Part shown: positions 31,399-41,160 of the stretch, one piece after another
How positions within the stretch are numbered: position 1 is the first letter of the stretch
How the letters are laid out: each line of letters begins with the position of its first letter
NCBI GenBank assembly: GCA_041663665.1
Contig: JBAYMG010000004.1
Location: 8,559-72,558, forward strand
DNA from: Candidatus Omnitrophota bacterium
GTDB lineage: Bacteria; Omnitrophota; Gorgyraeia; Gygaellales; Profunditerraquicolaceae
Length of the DNA stretch: 64,000 nt
Direction: 5' to 3'
Position numbers and translations under genes: made by a program
Notes under the pieces: generated by a model
Told to the model about the DNA's origin: nothing
What the model saw: only the letters and a program-made list of their open reading frames with translations
Databases searched by the model: none

Positions 31399-31405
31399 AA
31401 AAACA

Positions 31406-33007
31406 ATGGCCAAATACATATTTATAACTGGTGGTGTTATTTCAAGCTTAGGCAAGGGTATTGCTTCTGCTTCGATTGGTAAGATCCTGGAATCCCGGGG
31501 ATTAAAGGTAGCATTAATGAAGTTAGATCCGTATATTAATGTTGACCCGGGGACAATGAATCCTTATCAGCATGGGGAGGTTTATGTTACTGATGACGGG
31601 GCGGAAACCGATTTAGATTTAGGCCACTACGAAAGATTTACCAAGGCGGTAATGACGAGGTTCAGTAATGCAACTACCGGGCAGGTTTATAATACTGTAA
31701 TCTTGCGTGAGCGCCGAGGGGATTATTTAGGTAAAACTATTCAGGTTATTCCTCATATTACCGGTGAAATTAAAGATAGGATTAAAAAGGCAGCTTCAGT
31801 TAGTAACGCCGATATTGTCTTGATTGAAGTAGGGGGAACCGTTGGAGATATCGAAAGCCTTCCTTTCCTGGAGGCCGCGCGCCAGTTTGAATTGGATGCC
31901 GGAGAAAAAAATGTTCTTTATATCCATCTTACGTTAGTCCCCTATATCAAAGTTGCCGACGAAATAAAAACCAAGCCTACGCAGCACAGCGTGCAGACAT
32001 TACGTGAGATTGGTATTCAGCCGGATATACTAATCTGCCGCACGGAAAAGCCGCTTTCTGATGATGTTAAAGAAAAGATATCTTTATTTTGCAATGTAAG
32101 AAAAGAAGCGGTTATTGAGTCGCGCGATGTGGAATCTATTTATCAGGTGCCGTTGGTTTTTAAGGCGCAGATTTTAGATGAGATAATCTTAAGCCATTTT
32201 GATCTTATCTCCAAGCCTTCGGATTTAAAAGATTGGCAAATGAATGTGGTCGAGCGTTTATTGTCTCCTAAGAAGACGGTTCGGGTGGCGGTAGTGGGTA
32301 AATATATCGGATTGCAGGATGCTTATAAATCCATTTATGAGGCAATTACGCATGGGGGAATCAGTAATCAGGTAAAAGTAGATGTTAATAAGATCGATTC
32401 CGAAGATATTGAAAAATATGGGGCTGAAAAATTACTCAAAGGAATGGATGCGATTTTAGTTCCCGGAGGTTTTGGCTGCCGAGGTATTGAAGGCAAGATT
32501 CAGGCGATCGGGTTTGCCCGTAAAAATAAGATTCCTTTTCTCGGGATTTGTTTAGGAATGCAGTGCGCGGTTATTGAATTTGCCCGTTCGCTTTGCGGTT
32601 TAAAAGATGCCAACTCTACTGAATTTAAGTCCAAGGTTAAAAGTCCGATAATCAGCCTTTTAACTGAACAGGAAAATATTAAAGATCTGGGCGGGACAAT
32701 GCGCTTGGGTGCTTATCCCTGTAAAATAAAAAAGGGCACATTAGCCTCAAAAATTTATCAGAAGAGCCTAATTTCCGAGCGGCATCGCCACCGGTATGAA
32801 TTTAATAATAAATTTCGTAAAAAACTTGAGTCTAAAGGTCTAATTTTCTCGGGTATTTACCAGAAGAAAAATTTAGTTGAAATTGTAGAGTTAAAAGATC
32901 ATCCCTATTTCATCGCTGTGCAGTTTCATCCTGAATTTAAATCTAAGCCTGATGCGGCACATCCTCTGTTTGCCGGATTCATTCGTTCCTCAGTTGAGAA
33001 AAAATAA
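31406..33007 (+). CDS. pyrG: CTP synthase
   Basis: '[19 protein letters not shown]', glutamine amidotransferase C-terminal domain with 'GICLGMQ'. Confidence 0.95.
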   Translation: MAKYIFITGGVISSLGKGIASASIGKILESRGLKVALMKLDPYINVDPGTMNPYQHGEVYVTDDGAETDLDLGHYERFTKAVMTRFSNATTGQVYNTVILRERRGDYLGKTIQVIPHITGEIKDRIKKAASVSNADIVLIEVGGTVGDIESLPFLEAARQFELDAGEKNVLYIHLTLVPYIKVADEIKTKPTQHSVQTLREIGIQPDILICRTEKPLSDDVKEKISLFCNVRKEAVIESRDVESIYQVPLVFKAQILDEIILSHFDLISKPSDLKDWQMNVVERLLSPKKTVRVAVVGKYIGLQDAYKSIYEAITHGGISNQVKVDVNKIDSEDIEKYGAEKLLKGMDAILVPGGFGCRGIEGKIQAIGFARKNKIPFLGICLGMQCAVIEFARSLCGLKDANSTEFKSKVKSPIISLLTEQENIKDLGGTMRLGAYPCKIKKGTLASKIYQKSLISERHRHRYEFNNKFRKKLESKGLIFSGIYQKKNLVEIVELKDHPYFIAVQFHPEFKSKPDAAHPLFAGFIRSSVEKK

Positions 33008-33009
33008 TT

Positions 33010-34122
33010 ATGCAAGCATATCTTGTTTTAGAAGATGGGACAATATTTAAAGGTAGCTCTTTTGGCTCAAACGGAGAAGTTACCGGAGAGGTTGTTTTTA
33101 ATACAAGCATGAGCGGATATCAGGAAATTATTACTGATCCTTCTTATGCCGGTCAGATTGTGGCGATGACTTATCCTTTAATCGGTAATTATGGTATTAA
33201 TCCAGAGGATATGGAAAGCCGGAAACCTTTTTTGCGCGGCCTGGTGATTAAGGAATATAGTAAACTGGCTAGCAACTGGAGGAAAGATCAGGAGCTGGGG
33301 GAATATTTAAAAGAAAATAATATTTTGGGAATTGAAGGAATCGACACCCGCCAATTAACTCTGCATATTAGAGAAAAAGGAGCGATGAAAGCGGTTTTAT
33401 CTACCTTGGATTCTAATGAGCAGAGTTTGGTTAATAAGGCTAAAGAAAGCAGATCCTTGGTGGGGTTGGATTTAGTTAAAGATGTTACTACTGCTAAGCA
33501 ATATGTTTTTGCCGAGAATAAGAAAAATAAATATAAGGTAATAGTTTTAGATTGCGGAGTGAAGTTTAACATATTAAGGGAGCTTGAGCTCCGTGAATGT
33601 AATGTTCTCGTTATGCCTGCCCAGTCAACTTCTGAGGAAATTCTAAAACTATCTCCCGATGGAGTTTTGCTTTCTAACGGCCCGGGAGATCCTGCGGCAG
33701 TAAATTATGTAGTTAAAACAGTTGCTGCGCTTATCGGTAAAGTGCCAATTTTTGGTATTTGTCTCGGGCATCAGATGCTAGGCCTTGCTTTAGGTGGCAA
33801 AACTTTCAAGCTTAAATTTGGCCATCATGGTGCCAATCACCCGGTCAAGGATTTAAGGACACAAAAAGTTTCTATAACCAGCCAGAATCACGGATTTTGT
33901 GTGGACATTGATTCTTTAAAACAAAACGATATCCAGTTAACCCATATTAATTTGAATGATGGTACTAGTGAGGGACTGCGCCATAAAAAACTGCCTTTAT
34001 TTTCTGTGCAGTTCCATCCAGAAGCATCTCCGGGCCCGCATGATTCAGAATATCTTTTTACCGAGTTTGTCGAATTAATGTCTAAATTTAAGAAATCAAA
34101 GAAATCGAAGAAAAATGCCTAA
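33010..34122 (+). CDS. carA: Carbamoyl-phosphate synthase small (glutaminase) subunit
   Basis: CarA N-domain + class I GATase 'GICLGHQML', 370 aa. Confidence 0.9.
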   Translation: MQAYLVLEDGTIFKGSSFGSNGEVTGEVVFNTSMSGYQEIITDPSYAGQIVAMTYPLIGNYGINPEDMESRKPFLRGLVIKEYSKLASNWRKDQELGEYLKENNILGIEGIDTRQLTLHIREKGAMKAVLSTLDSNEQSLVNKAKESRSLVGLDLVKDVTTAKQYVFAENKKNKYKVIVLDCGVKFNILRELELRECNVLVMPAQSTSEEILKLSPDGVLLSNGPGDPAAVNYVVKTVAALIGKVPIFGICLGHQMLGLALGGKTFKLKFGHHGANHPVKDLRTQKVSITSQNHGFCVDIDSLKQNDIQLTHINLNDGTSEGLRHKKLPLFSVQFHPEASPGPHDSEYLFTEFVELMSKFKKSKKSKKNA

Positions 34123-35776
34123 AAGAACAGATATTAAAAAAATACTGATTATTGGATCCGGTCCGATTGTTATCGGGCAGGCTTGCGAATTTGATTATTC
34201 CGGCACCCAGGCTTGTAAGGTTTTAAGGCAAGAGGGTTATAAGGTGATTTTAGTAAATTCTAATCCGGCAACAATTATGACTGATCCTGAGGTTGCGGAT
34301 CGGACTTATCTTGAGCCGATTACCGCGGAAATGGTTGAAGATATTATTGTCCGGGAAAGGCCGGATGCGTTATTGCCTACTCTTGGCGGTCAGACTGCGC
34401 TGAATACAACCGTGGAACTGGATAAAAAAGGGGTATTAAAAAAATATAAGGTCGAAACTATTGGAGCCAATATTAAGGCGATTAAAAAGGGAGAGGACCG
34501 TAAGCAGTTTAAAGCAGCAATGGAAAAAATTGGTTTAGGTTTGCCCAAAAGTGACCAGGCTTATAATTTGGAAGAAGCGATTACTGCTGCAAAAAAAATC
34601 GGGTTCCCGATAGTCATCCGGCCCAGTTTTACTATGGGGGGATCCGGTGGGGCAATTGCTTATAATCTGGAGGAATTTAAGGTCCTAGCTAAGCGTGGTT
34701 TAGAGTCAAGCATGATTAGTGAAATCTTGGTTGAGGAATCTGTAATCGGTTGGAAAGAATTTGAGTTGGAAGTTATGCGTGATTTGAAAGATAATGTAGT
34801 AATTATTTGTACGATTGAAAATTTTGATCCGATGGGGGTTCATACCGGAGACAGCATCACAGTTGCCCCGATCCAAACATTAACTGATCGGGAATATCAG
34901 ATAATGCGTGATGCTGCGATTGCCTGTATTCGTGAGATTGGTGTTGAAACAGGTGGTTCGAATATCCAATTTGCCGTACATCCGGAGACTGGCCGAATGG
35001 TAGTTATTGAAATGAATCCGCGGGTTTCGCGTAGTTCGGCCCTGGCTTCCAAAGCTACAGGTTTTCCGATTGCTAAAATTGCGGCTAAGCTGGCTGTAGG
35101 GTACACTTTAGATGAGATTCCGAATGATATCACCCGCTCAACCTGCGCTTGTTTTGAGCCGGCGATTGATTATTGCGTAGTTAAGGTCCCACGTTTTACT
35201 TTTGAAAAATTTCCTTTAGCCGACAATACTTTAGGAATTTCCATGAAGTCGGTTGGCGAGGCCATGTCGATCGGCCGCACATTTAAAGAGGCGCTGCAGA
35301 AAGGCTTGCGCTCTTTAGAGATTAAAAAATTCGGGTTAGAAAGCATTATGTTCAATCCGGCAGAAAATAAAATTAATGATGAGGTTTTGTTGGATAAGAT
35401 TTATCAGAAGTTAAAACAGCCTAACGCAGAAAGAATTTTTTATATCGGCGATGCTTTTCGGGCAAATGTTGATCTTGAGAAAATCCACGCATTAACCAAA
35501 ATTGACCGTTGGTTTTTAAGTAATATTAAAGAAATTATCGATTGTGAAAAAAACATAATTGAAAATAAGAAGAGCTTATCCAAAGAACTGCTTAAAGAAG
35601 CTAAGGAATTTGGCTTTAGCGATAAGCAGTTAGGCAAACTTTTATCTTTGGAAGAGCTGGAGATTTATAATTTAAGAAAATCTTATGATATAAGCGCGGA
35701 TTTTAAATTAGTTGATACTTGCGCAGCTGAGTTTATGGCGCATACCCCGTATTTTTATTCTACTTATGATAAATAG
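34115..35776 (+). CDS. carB: Carbamoyl-phosphate synthase large subunit, N-terminal half only (split carB)
   Basis: '[27 protein letters not shown]' CarB N-terminus; ORF ends at 553 aa = carboxyphosphate + oligomerisation domains; full CarB is ~1070 aa; the next gene is unrelated. Confidence 0.85.
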   Translation: MPKRTDIKKILIIGSGPIVIGQACEFDYSGTQACKVLRQEGYKVILVNSNPATIMTDPEVADRTYLEPITAEMVEDIIVRERPDALLPTLGGQTALNTTVELDKKGVLKKYKVETIGANIKAIKKGEDRKQFKAAMEKIGLGLPKSDQAYNLEEAITAAKKIGFPIVIRPSFTMGGSGGAIAYNLEEFKVLAKRGLESSMISEILVEESVIGWKEFELEVMRDLKDNVVIICTIENFDPMGVHTGDSITVAPIQTLTDREYQIMRDAAIACIREIGVETGGSNIQFAVHPETGRMVVIEMNPRVSRSSALASKATGFPIAKIAAKLAVGYTLDEIPNDITRSTCACFEPAIDYCVVKVPRFTFEKFPLADNTLGISMKSVGEAMSIGRTFKEALQKGLRSLEIKKFGLESIMFNPAENKINDEVLLDKIYQKLKQPNAERIFYIGDAFRANVDLEKIHALTKIDRWFLSNIKEIIDCEKNIIENKKSLSKELLKEAKEFGFSDKQLGKLLSLEELEIYNLRKSYDISADFKLVDTCAAEFMAHTPYFYSTYDK

Positions 35777-35858
35777 CTTGATTTATAAAACAGATTACTA
35801 AATTAGAAGAAGACGTTCTAAAAGTATACGCAGAGAACCTGGATTTAAAGGCCTGAAT

Positions 35859-37253
35859 ATGTCAATTAAAATAAAGTTTCTAGGGGGGGCAAAAACTGTT
35901 ACCGGTTCAAGCCATTTAATCTCAGCCGGCAACACTGAGATCCTTCTTGATGGCGGGCTTTTTCAGGGTCATCGTGACGCTTTCTATAAGATAAATACCA
36001 CTTTTCATTATAATCCGCGCACAATTAAAGCTATGGTTTTATCGCATGCACATGTTGACCATTGCGGTAATATCCCCAATTTAATTAAACAGGGGTTACG
36101 TTGTAAAATTTATACTACTTCGGCAACTAAGGATCTAGCTGACCTTATGTTGGTTGATTCGGGAAAAATCCAGGAAGAAGATGTACGTTATTTAAATAAA
36201 ATTAACCGGCGGATGAATTTACCGCTGCGTAAAGCGTTATACACGGCAAAGGAAGCATCCCGTGCTACCAGAATTTTCCGTTCTATTTCTTATAACCAGA
36301 AGTTTTGTATCGCTAAAGATGTTTGCGCTACGATTCTTGACGCCGGGCATATTTTAGGTTCAGGCATAGTTGTTTTGGATATCAAGGATTCCGATAAAAC
36401 CGTACGTTTGGGTTACGCTGTAGATTTGGGAAGGAAGCATTTGCCGCTTTTAGGCGACCCGGTAATTCCTAAAGGTTTGGACTATTTAATTTTAGAATCA
36501 ACTTATGGCGGCAGGCTGCATCGGCCGATTGATGAAGCGCAATCGAAACTAAGGGAAGCAATTAATCGTGCTGTTAAGCGGGGAGGGAAAGTGCTTATTC
36601 CTTCTTTTACTCTTGAACGCACACAAGAGGTAATTTACTTTTTGAATGAGTTGCTTAAGGAAAAATTGATTCCATCCGTGCCGATTTATGTCGATAGCCC
36701 GTTAGCTACCAGCATTACTGATCTTTTTAAATATCACTTGAGCTTCTTAAATGAAAAAACCCAGGCTGCATTTGGCAGGGGGGATAACCCTTTTGAATTA
36801 TTAAATTTACGTTTTATCCGCGAGCAGAAGGAATCTAAAGCCTTAAATACCGATAAGCGGCCGATGATAATTATTGCCGGCAGCGGCATGTGCGAATCCG
36901 GAAGGATGCTACATCACCTGCAGAATAATATCGAAGATACGCGCAACATGGTTTTAGTTGTTGGTTATATGGCGCAGGATACTCTAGGCAGGAAGATTGT
37001 CGAGAAAAATCCTTTTGTAAAAATCTTTGGAGTTGAATATGAGCTTAACGCCGAAGTGGTTGTGATCAATGCTTTTTCAGGCCATGCTGATCAGACGGAA
37101 TTATTAGAATTTGTTTCAGGATGCCTGCCGCTTAAGCGTATTTTTCTGGTGCATGGGGAAATTGAACAGTCAGAAATCCTGGCTAATATTTTAATTCAAA
37201 AGGGTTTGGATGTGCATATCCCGGATAAAGACGAAGAGGTATTGCTTAATTAG
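35859..37253 (+). CDS. MBL-fold beta-CASP family ribonuclease (RNase J / CPSF73-like)
   Basis: 'HAHVDHCGNIP' metallo-beta-lactamase motif, beta-CASP C-terminal half with 'SGHAD'. Confidence 0.7.
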   Translation: MSIKIKFLGGAKTVTGSSHLISAGNTEILLDGGLFQGHRDAFYKINTTFHYNPRTIKAMVLSHAHVDHCGNIPNLIKQGLRCKIYTTSATKDLADLMLVDSGKIQEEDVRYLNKINRRMNLPLRKALYTAKEASRATRIFRSISYNQKFCIAKDVCATILDAGHILGSGIVVLDIKDSDKTVRLGYAVDLGRKHLPLLGDPVIPKGLDYLILESTYGGRLHRPIDEAQSKLREAINRAVKRGGKVLIPSFTLERTQEVIYFLNELLKEKLIPSVPIYVDSPLATSITDLFKYHLSFLNEKTQAAFGRGDNPFELLNLRFIREQKESKALNTDKRPMIIIAGSGMCESGRMLHHLQNNIEDTRNMVLVVGYMAQDTLGRKIVEKNPFVKIFGVEYELNAEVVVINAFSGHADQTELLEFVSGCLPLKRIFLVHGEIEQSEILANILIQKGLDVHIPDKDEEVLLN

Positions 37254-37350
37254 TGGATTTATGGTAAAGTGTTAAATCAATAAAAAAGAAGGTTCCCGTT
37301 AGTTCTACTAGCGGGATTATATTGGATAAAACTCAAAAGGAGAAATTAAA

Positions 37351-37602
37351 ATGATTGGTGGTTTTTCTACTCCTAAAAAAGACAAAGCATTAAAATCAAG
37401 CGGTGGTAAACTTGTTAAAACCGGAGCAATCCTTGTGCGCGGTGTTGATACTTACAAGGCCGGGGTAAATGTCCGAGGTTTGGGCACATTATTTGCCCTT
37501 TGTCCGGGTAAAGTTTATTTTACCCGCAAGAAGACTAGCCATGGAAAGGTGCGCACTTTTGTTAATGTTGCACCAGTGGTAAAGAAAACGGTAAAAAAAT
37601 AA
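37351..37602 (+). CDS. Ribosomal protein L27-like (divergent N-terminus)
   Basis: Core 'GGKLVKTGAILVRGVDTYKAGVNVRGLGTLFALCPGKVYF' aligns to L27 '[40 protein letters not shown]'; lacks the canonical N-terminal AHKKGGGS motif; strong RBS AAAGGAGA. Confidence 0.5.
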   Translation: MIGGFSTPKKDKALKSSGGKLVKTGAILVRGVDTYKAGVNVRGLGTLFALCPGKVYFTRKKTSHGKVRTFVNVAPVVKKTVKK

Positions 37603-37603
37603 A

Positions 37604-38698
37604 ATGGCTGGTTCAGCCAAGAGTTATTCTAATCAGAAGTATGTTTTAAGTATTATCGATATGATTTACAGTATTGCCCTGATTCTTGTTTTTTTAGGAT
37701 CAGGGCTTTCTTTATCTTTAGAGAATTTACTTAGAAGCCTGAATCTGCCGAATTACCTTCTAATTTCTGTATTTATTTTAATCATTTCGTTTTTTTATTA
37801 TTTGTTAAGCCTGCCGCTTAATTTCTATTCTGGTTTTATGCTGGAACATAAGTTCAATTTGACCAGGCAGAAGGCTTCTGCTTGGTGGTTTGATCAGTTA
37901 AAATCATCGGTTTTGGGATATGTAATTTCTTTGGTACTTATTTTAGCTTTTTATTGGATTTTAGGCCAATTTAACCAATGGTGGTTGGTAATTTCTGCTT
38001 TTTGGATAGTTTTTAGCATAGTTTTAGCCAAGTTAGCGCCAATTTTAATAATTCCATTATTTTTTAAATATAAAAAATTAGAAGACCAGGTTCTGCGCCA
38101 AAGAATTTTAAATTTAGCTTCAAAAATGCGGGTTAAATTATTGGATGTTTTTGAGATAGATTTTAGTAAAAAAACCTTGAAAGCGAACGCGGCTTTTACC
38201 GGGATGGGCAAAACCAGGCGTGTACTTTTAGCCGATACCTTAAAAGATAAATATAGCCATGATGAGATTGAAATAATTTTGGCACATGAATTTGCCCACT
38301 GCCAGTTGAAGCATATCACCAAGTTGATTGTTTTAAATTCTTTGGTAACTTTGGGGTTATTCTATCTTATATTCAGGACTAGCGTTTATACTTTGGGAAT
38401 GTTTAAATTGGATTCGCTTGCGCAGTTAGCCAGTTTACCGTTGGTTTTTCTTTACTTTATATTTTTTGGGATTATAACGCAGCCTTTGGAAGCGTTTGTC
38501 AGCCGGGTTTTTGAAAGAGAGGCTGATAGATTAGCGCTTAAAACTACTTCTGCTAAAGAAGCATTTATTTCGCTGATGGATAAACTTGCCAACCAGAACC
38601 TCGCTGATAGAAATCCGCATCCGCTGATTAAGTTTTTTTTCTTTTCACATCCGCCGATTGACGAGCGGATAAAAATAGCCAAGACATATCAAGCCTAA
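37604..38698 (+). CDS. M48 family zinc metallopeptidase (Ste24/HtpX-like), membrane
   Basis: Multi-TM N-terminal half, 'ILAHEFAHCQLKH' HExxH motif. Confidence 0.65.
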   Translation: MAGSAKSYSNQKYVLSIIDMIYSIALILVFLGSGLSLSLENLLRSLNLPNYLLISVFILIISFFYYLLSLPLNFYSGFMLEHKFNLTRQKASAWWFDQLKSSVLGYVISLVLILAFYWILGQFNQWWLVISAFWIVFSIVLAKLAPILIIPLFFKYKKLEDQVLRQRILNLASKMRVKLLDVFEIDFSKKTLKANAAFTGMGKTRRVLLADTLKDKYSHDEIEIILAHEFAHCQLKHITKLIVLNSLVTLGLFYLIFRTSVYTLGMFKLDSLAQLASLPLVFLYFIFFGIITQPLEAFVSRVFEREADRLALKTTSAKEAFISLMDKLANQNLADRNPHPLIKFFFFSHPPIDERIKIAKTYQA

Positions 38699-38737
38699 TA
38701 GAGCCAAAAGTTTTATTCCGGGTATTCTTTAGTTTAA

Positions 38738-39988
38738 TTAATTTTTATTTTGGAGAAAACAAAGGATTTGTTTTGCTGCCCGCTGAGCTGCTCCGCCAGC
38801 ACCCAGGCTTACTTTTACTGCCTTTAGGTCTTGCCGCATGCGGTTAGTTTGTTCGGGGCTTTGCAGAAGCCGGATAATTGCTTTAGCGATTATCTTTGGT
38901 TGAGCTTTAAATTGGATAAATTCCGGTACTATTTCTTTTTCTGCCACAATATTGACCATACCGATGTAGGGGATTTTTATCTGCGGGCGATAAAGTAAAT
39001 AATTGAATAGATTAGTTTTATATACAATCACAAAGGGGTTTCCAATAATTGCTGCTTCCAGCGTTGCGGTTCCCGAACAGACTAAACTTGCTTCCGCGAT
39101 ATTCATACAATCGTGGCTTTGGCCATCAATAATATTTAATTCTAAATTAAATTTTGCGCATTCATCCAGATATATTTGTTTATCAAGATTGGGGGATTTG
39201 GCGATAATGAATTGAGTTTGCGGTATTGCTTTGTTGATTAGTTGTGCGGTTTGAAGCATTACCGGAAGAATTAACCTGACCTCTTGTTTGCGCGAGCCGG
39301 GAAGCAGGGTAATAATTTTTTTGCTGCCGGAAATATTAAAACGATTGAGCAGGGTTTGTTTTTCCGGATAGGGTTTCACTAGATCTATCAGGGGATGGCC
39401 TACGCAGGATACTTGAATGTTGCGTTCTTGATAGAATTTTTCTTCGAATTTAAAGAGAACAAATACTTTTGAAATAAATTTTCTTATAGCATTTATTCTG
39501 CCTTCTCTGGAAGCCCAAACCTGGGGGCTGACATAATAAATGCAAGGCAGGTGGTTGTTGATTGCTTTGGCCAGGCGCAGGTTAAAGCCTGAGAAATCTA
39601 CTAAAATTATTGCATCGGGTTTATCCTGTTCGATTTTTTTTAAAATCAGCTTTTTTAATTTAAAGAATTTTGGGAGTTTTTTTAGTACATCAAAAAATCC
39701 CATGACCGAGAGCTCTTTTATATTACAGAAAATTTCCTCTGCGTTTTTAGCTAAGCATGTTCCTCCGACACCGGAGATTTTAATTCCAGGTTTAATAGTT
39801 ATTATTTCTCCGGCCAGGTTTCCGGCTAAAAGATCTCCGGAATACTCTCCGCAGATAATAAAGATTTTTTTTATGTTTCGCAGGTTGGAATTGTTTTCAG
39901 CGGGAGGCGGGCAGGTTGCGGCTGCCGGAGTATTCCGCCTGCAGGATTTCCTGAAGAAAAGAGTTTTAAACAGGCTTATTTCTGCCAT
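38738..39988 (-). CDS. lpxB: Lipid-A-disaccharide synthase
   Basis: 'KIFIICGEYSGDLLAGNLAGEI' LpxB N-terminal motif and overall GT19 similarity. The annotated N-terminal 40 aa (GC-rich, low complexity) is atypical, so the true start is uncertain. Confidence 0.75.
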   Translation of the reverse strand: MAEISLFKTLFFRKSCRRNTPAAATCPPPAENNSNLRNIKKIFIICGEYSGDLLAGNLAGEIITIKPGIKISGVGGTCLAKNAEEIFCNIKELSVMGFFDVLKKLPKFFKLKKLILKKIEQDKPDAIILVDFSGFNLRLAKAINNHLPCIYYVSPQVWASREGRINAIRKFISKVFVLFKFEEKFYQERNIQVSCVGHPLIDLVKPYPEKQTLLNRFNISGSKKIITLLPGSRKQEVRLILPVMLQTAQLINKAIPQTQFIIAKSPNLDKQIYLDECAKFNLELNIIDGQSHDCMNIAEASLVCSGTATLEAAIIGNPFVIVYKTNLFNYLLYRPQIKIPYIGMVNIVAEKEIVPEFIQFKAQPKIIAKAIIRLLQSPEQTNRMRQDLKAVKVSLGAGGAAQRAAKQILCFLQNKN

Positions 39989-40893
39989 ATTTGTTTTTGA
40001 ATTTTTAGGGCAACTTCCAGTGCCTGCCTGGCTACCGGGCCGGAAACAAGAGGGGTAGTTTTATTGATTACGCAGCTAATAAATGCTTCCAGCTCCTTTT
40101 GTAGGGGTTGTTCTTTTTCTATCGGCAGGTTTTCTTTGGTTATTTGTGAGCTAACTTTCCGGTAAACGGATGCTTCAGCGTTTTTATAATCTAAAGATAT
40201 GTAGGTGTCTTCTTGGAAAATGCGGATTTTACGCATTGTTTCGTCAGATACGCGTGAGGCAGTGAGATTGGCAATGCAGCCATTTTTAAAAGTTAAGCGG
40301 GCATTAGCGATATCTTCAAATTTAGTCAGGACATTAACTCCTACAGAATCAATTCTTTTTAGCGGAGAGTTCACCAGTCCTAAGACTATATCAATATCAT
40401 GGATCATGACATCAAGTATCGCTCCGACATCAAGTGAGCGGTTAGGGAACATTGAAAGGCGATGGCATTCGATAAACTTTGGCATTTTAATAATTTTGAG
40501 GGTAGCGGCAAAAGCAGAATTAAATCTTTCGATATGTCCGACTTGTAGGGTAAGTTTGTTTTTACCGGCGATTTTAATTAAATCATCAGCTTCTTTTAGG
40601 GTTAAGGTGAAAGGTTTTTCAACTAAAACGTGTATGCCGGCTTTAAGGAATTCTGAGGCAATTTTATGGTGTAGTAAGGTGGGTACCGCAATGCTTACAG
40701 CGTCAACCTTGCCAAAAAGATCTTTGTGGTCAGCAAATCCTTTTACTCCTAAATTAGTGCTGATTCGGTTTAAACACTCCGGATTAGTATCACATATTCC
40801 TACAAGTTCGCAATTCGGGCTTTCCTTATATATCTTGGCATGGATGCTCCCCAAATGCCCAACGCCTACTACTCCGACTTTAAGTTTATTCAT
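39976..40893 (-). CDS. Gfo/Idh/MocA family oxidoreductase
   Basis: Start placed at 'MNKLKVGVVGVGHLGSIHAKIY' (Rossmann) rather than the longer annotated ORF, which runs through a GC-rich intergenic region. Confidence 0.65.
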   Translation of the reverse strand: MNKLKVGVVGVGHLGSIHAKIYKESPNCELVGICDTNPECLNRISTNLGVKGFADHKDLFGKVDAVSIAVPTLLHHKIASEFLKAGIHVLVEKPFTLTLKEADDLIKIAGKNKLTLQVGHIERFNSAFAATLKIIKMPKFIECHRLSMFPNRSLDVGAILDVMIHDIDIVLGLVNSPLKRIDSVGVNVLTKFEDIANARLTFKNGCIANLTASRVSDETMRKIRIFQEDTYISLDYKNAEASVYRKVSSQITKENLPIEKEQPLQKELEAFISCVINKTTPLVSGPVARQALEVALKIQKQIWQK

Positions 40894-41160
40894 CTGATAA
40901 TAATAGCAAACTGTTTGCCTTGTTTCAACTAAAATATAAATTATAGCTGATTTTGCTAAGATTGGCATTATTGTAAAAGTCAGGCAGAGCCAGTGATTGT
41001 TAAATGTCCTGAGCGGGTGGCGCGGGGAGAGATGCCTCGAGCCAGATTCGGCGAGAGGTGCTTCCCTGCGGCAGGATCCCCGCGTAAGTAGGCAAAATAA
41101 ATGCAATAAAAAGGTTTGCCAGAGGTAAATTATGTGTTAAAATAATCAACTTAAAGAAAG

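Noticed and set aside
39540-40897. Plus-strand ORFs of 172 and 230 aa
   Set aside because: Antisense to lpxB and the Gfo/Idh/MocA gene, which carry clear family motifs on the minus strand; composition-driven open frames.
40894-41106. N-terminal 71-aa extension of the minus-strand oxidoreductase ORF
   Set aside because: The Rossmann motif starts at the internal Met (MNKLKVGVVGVGHLG). The extension is read from a GC-rich non-coding island and has no protein-like features.
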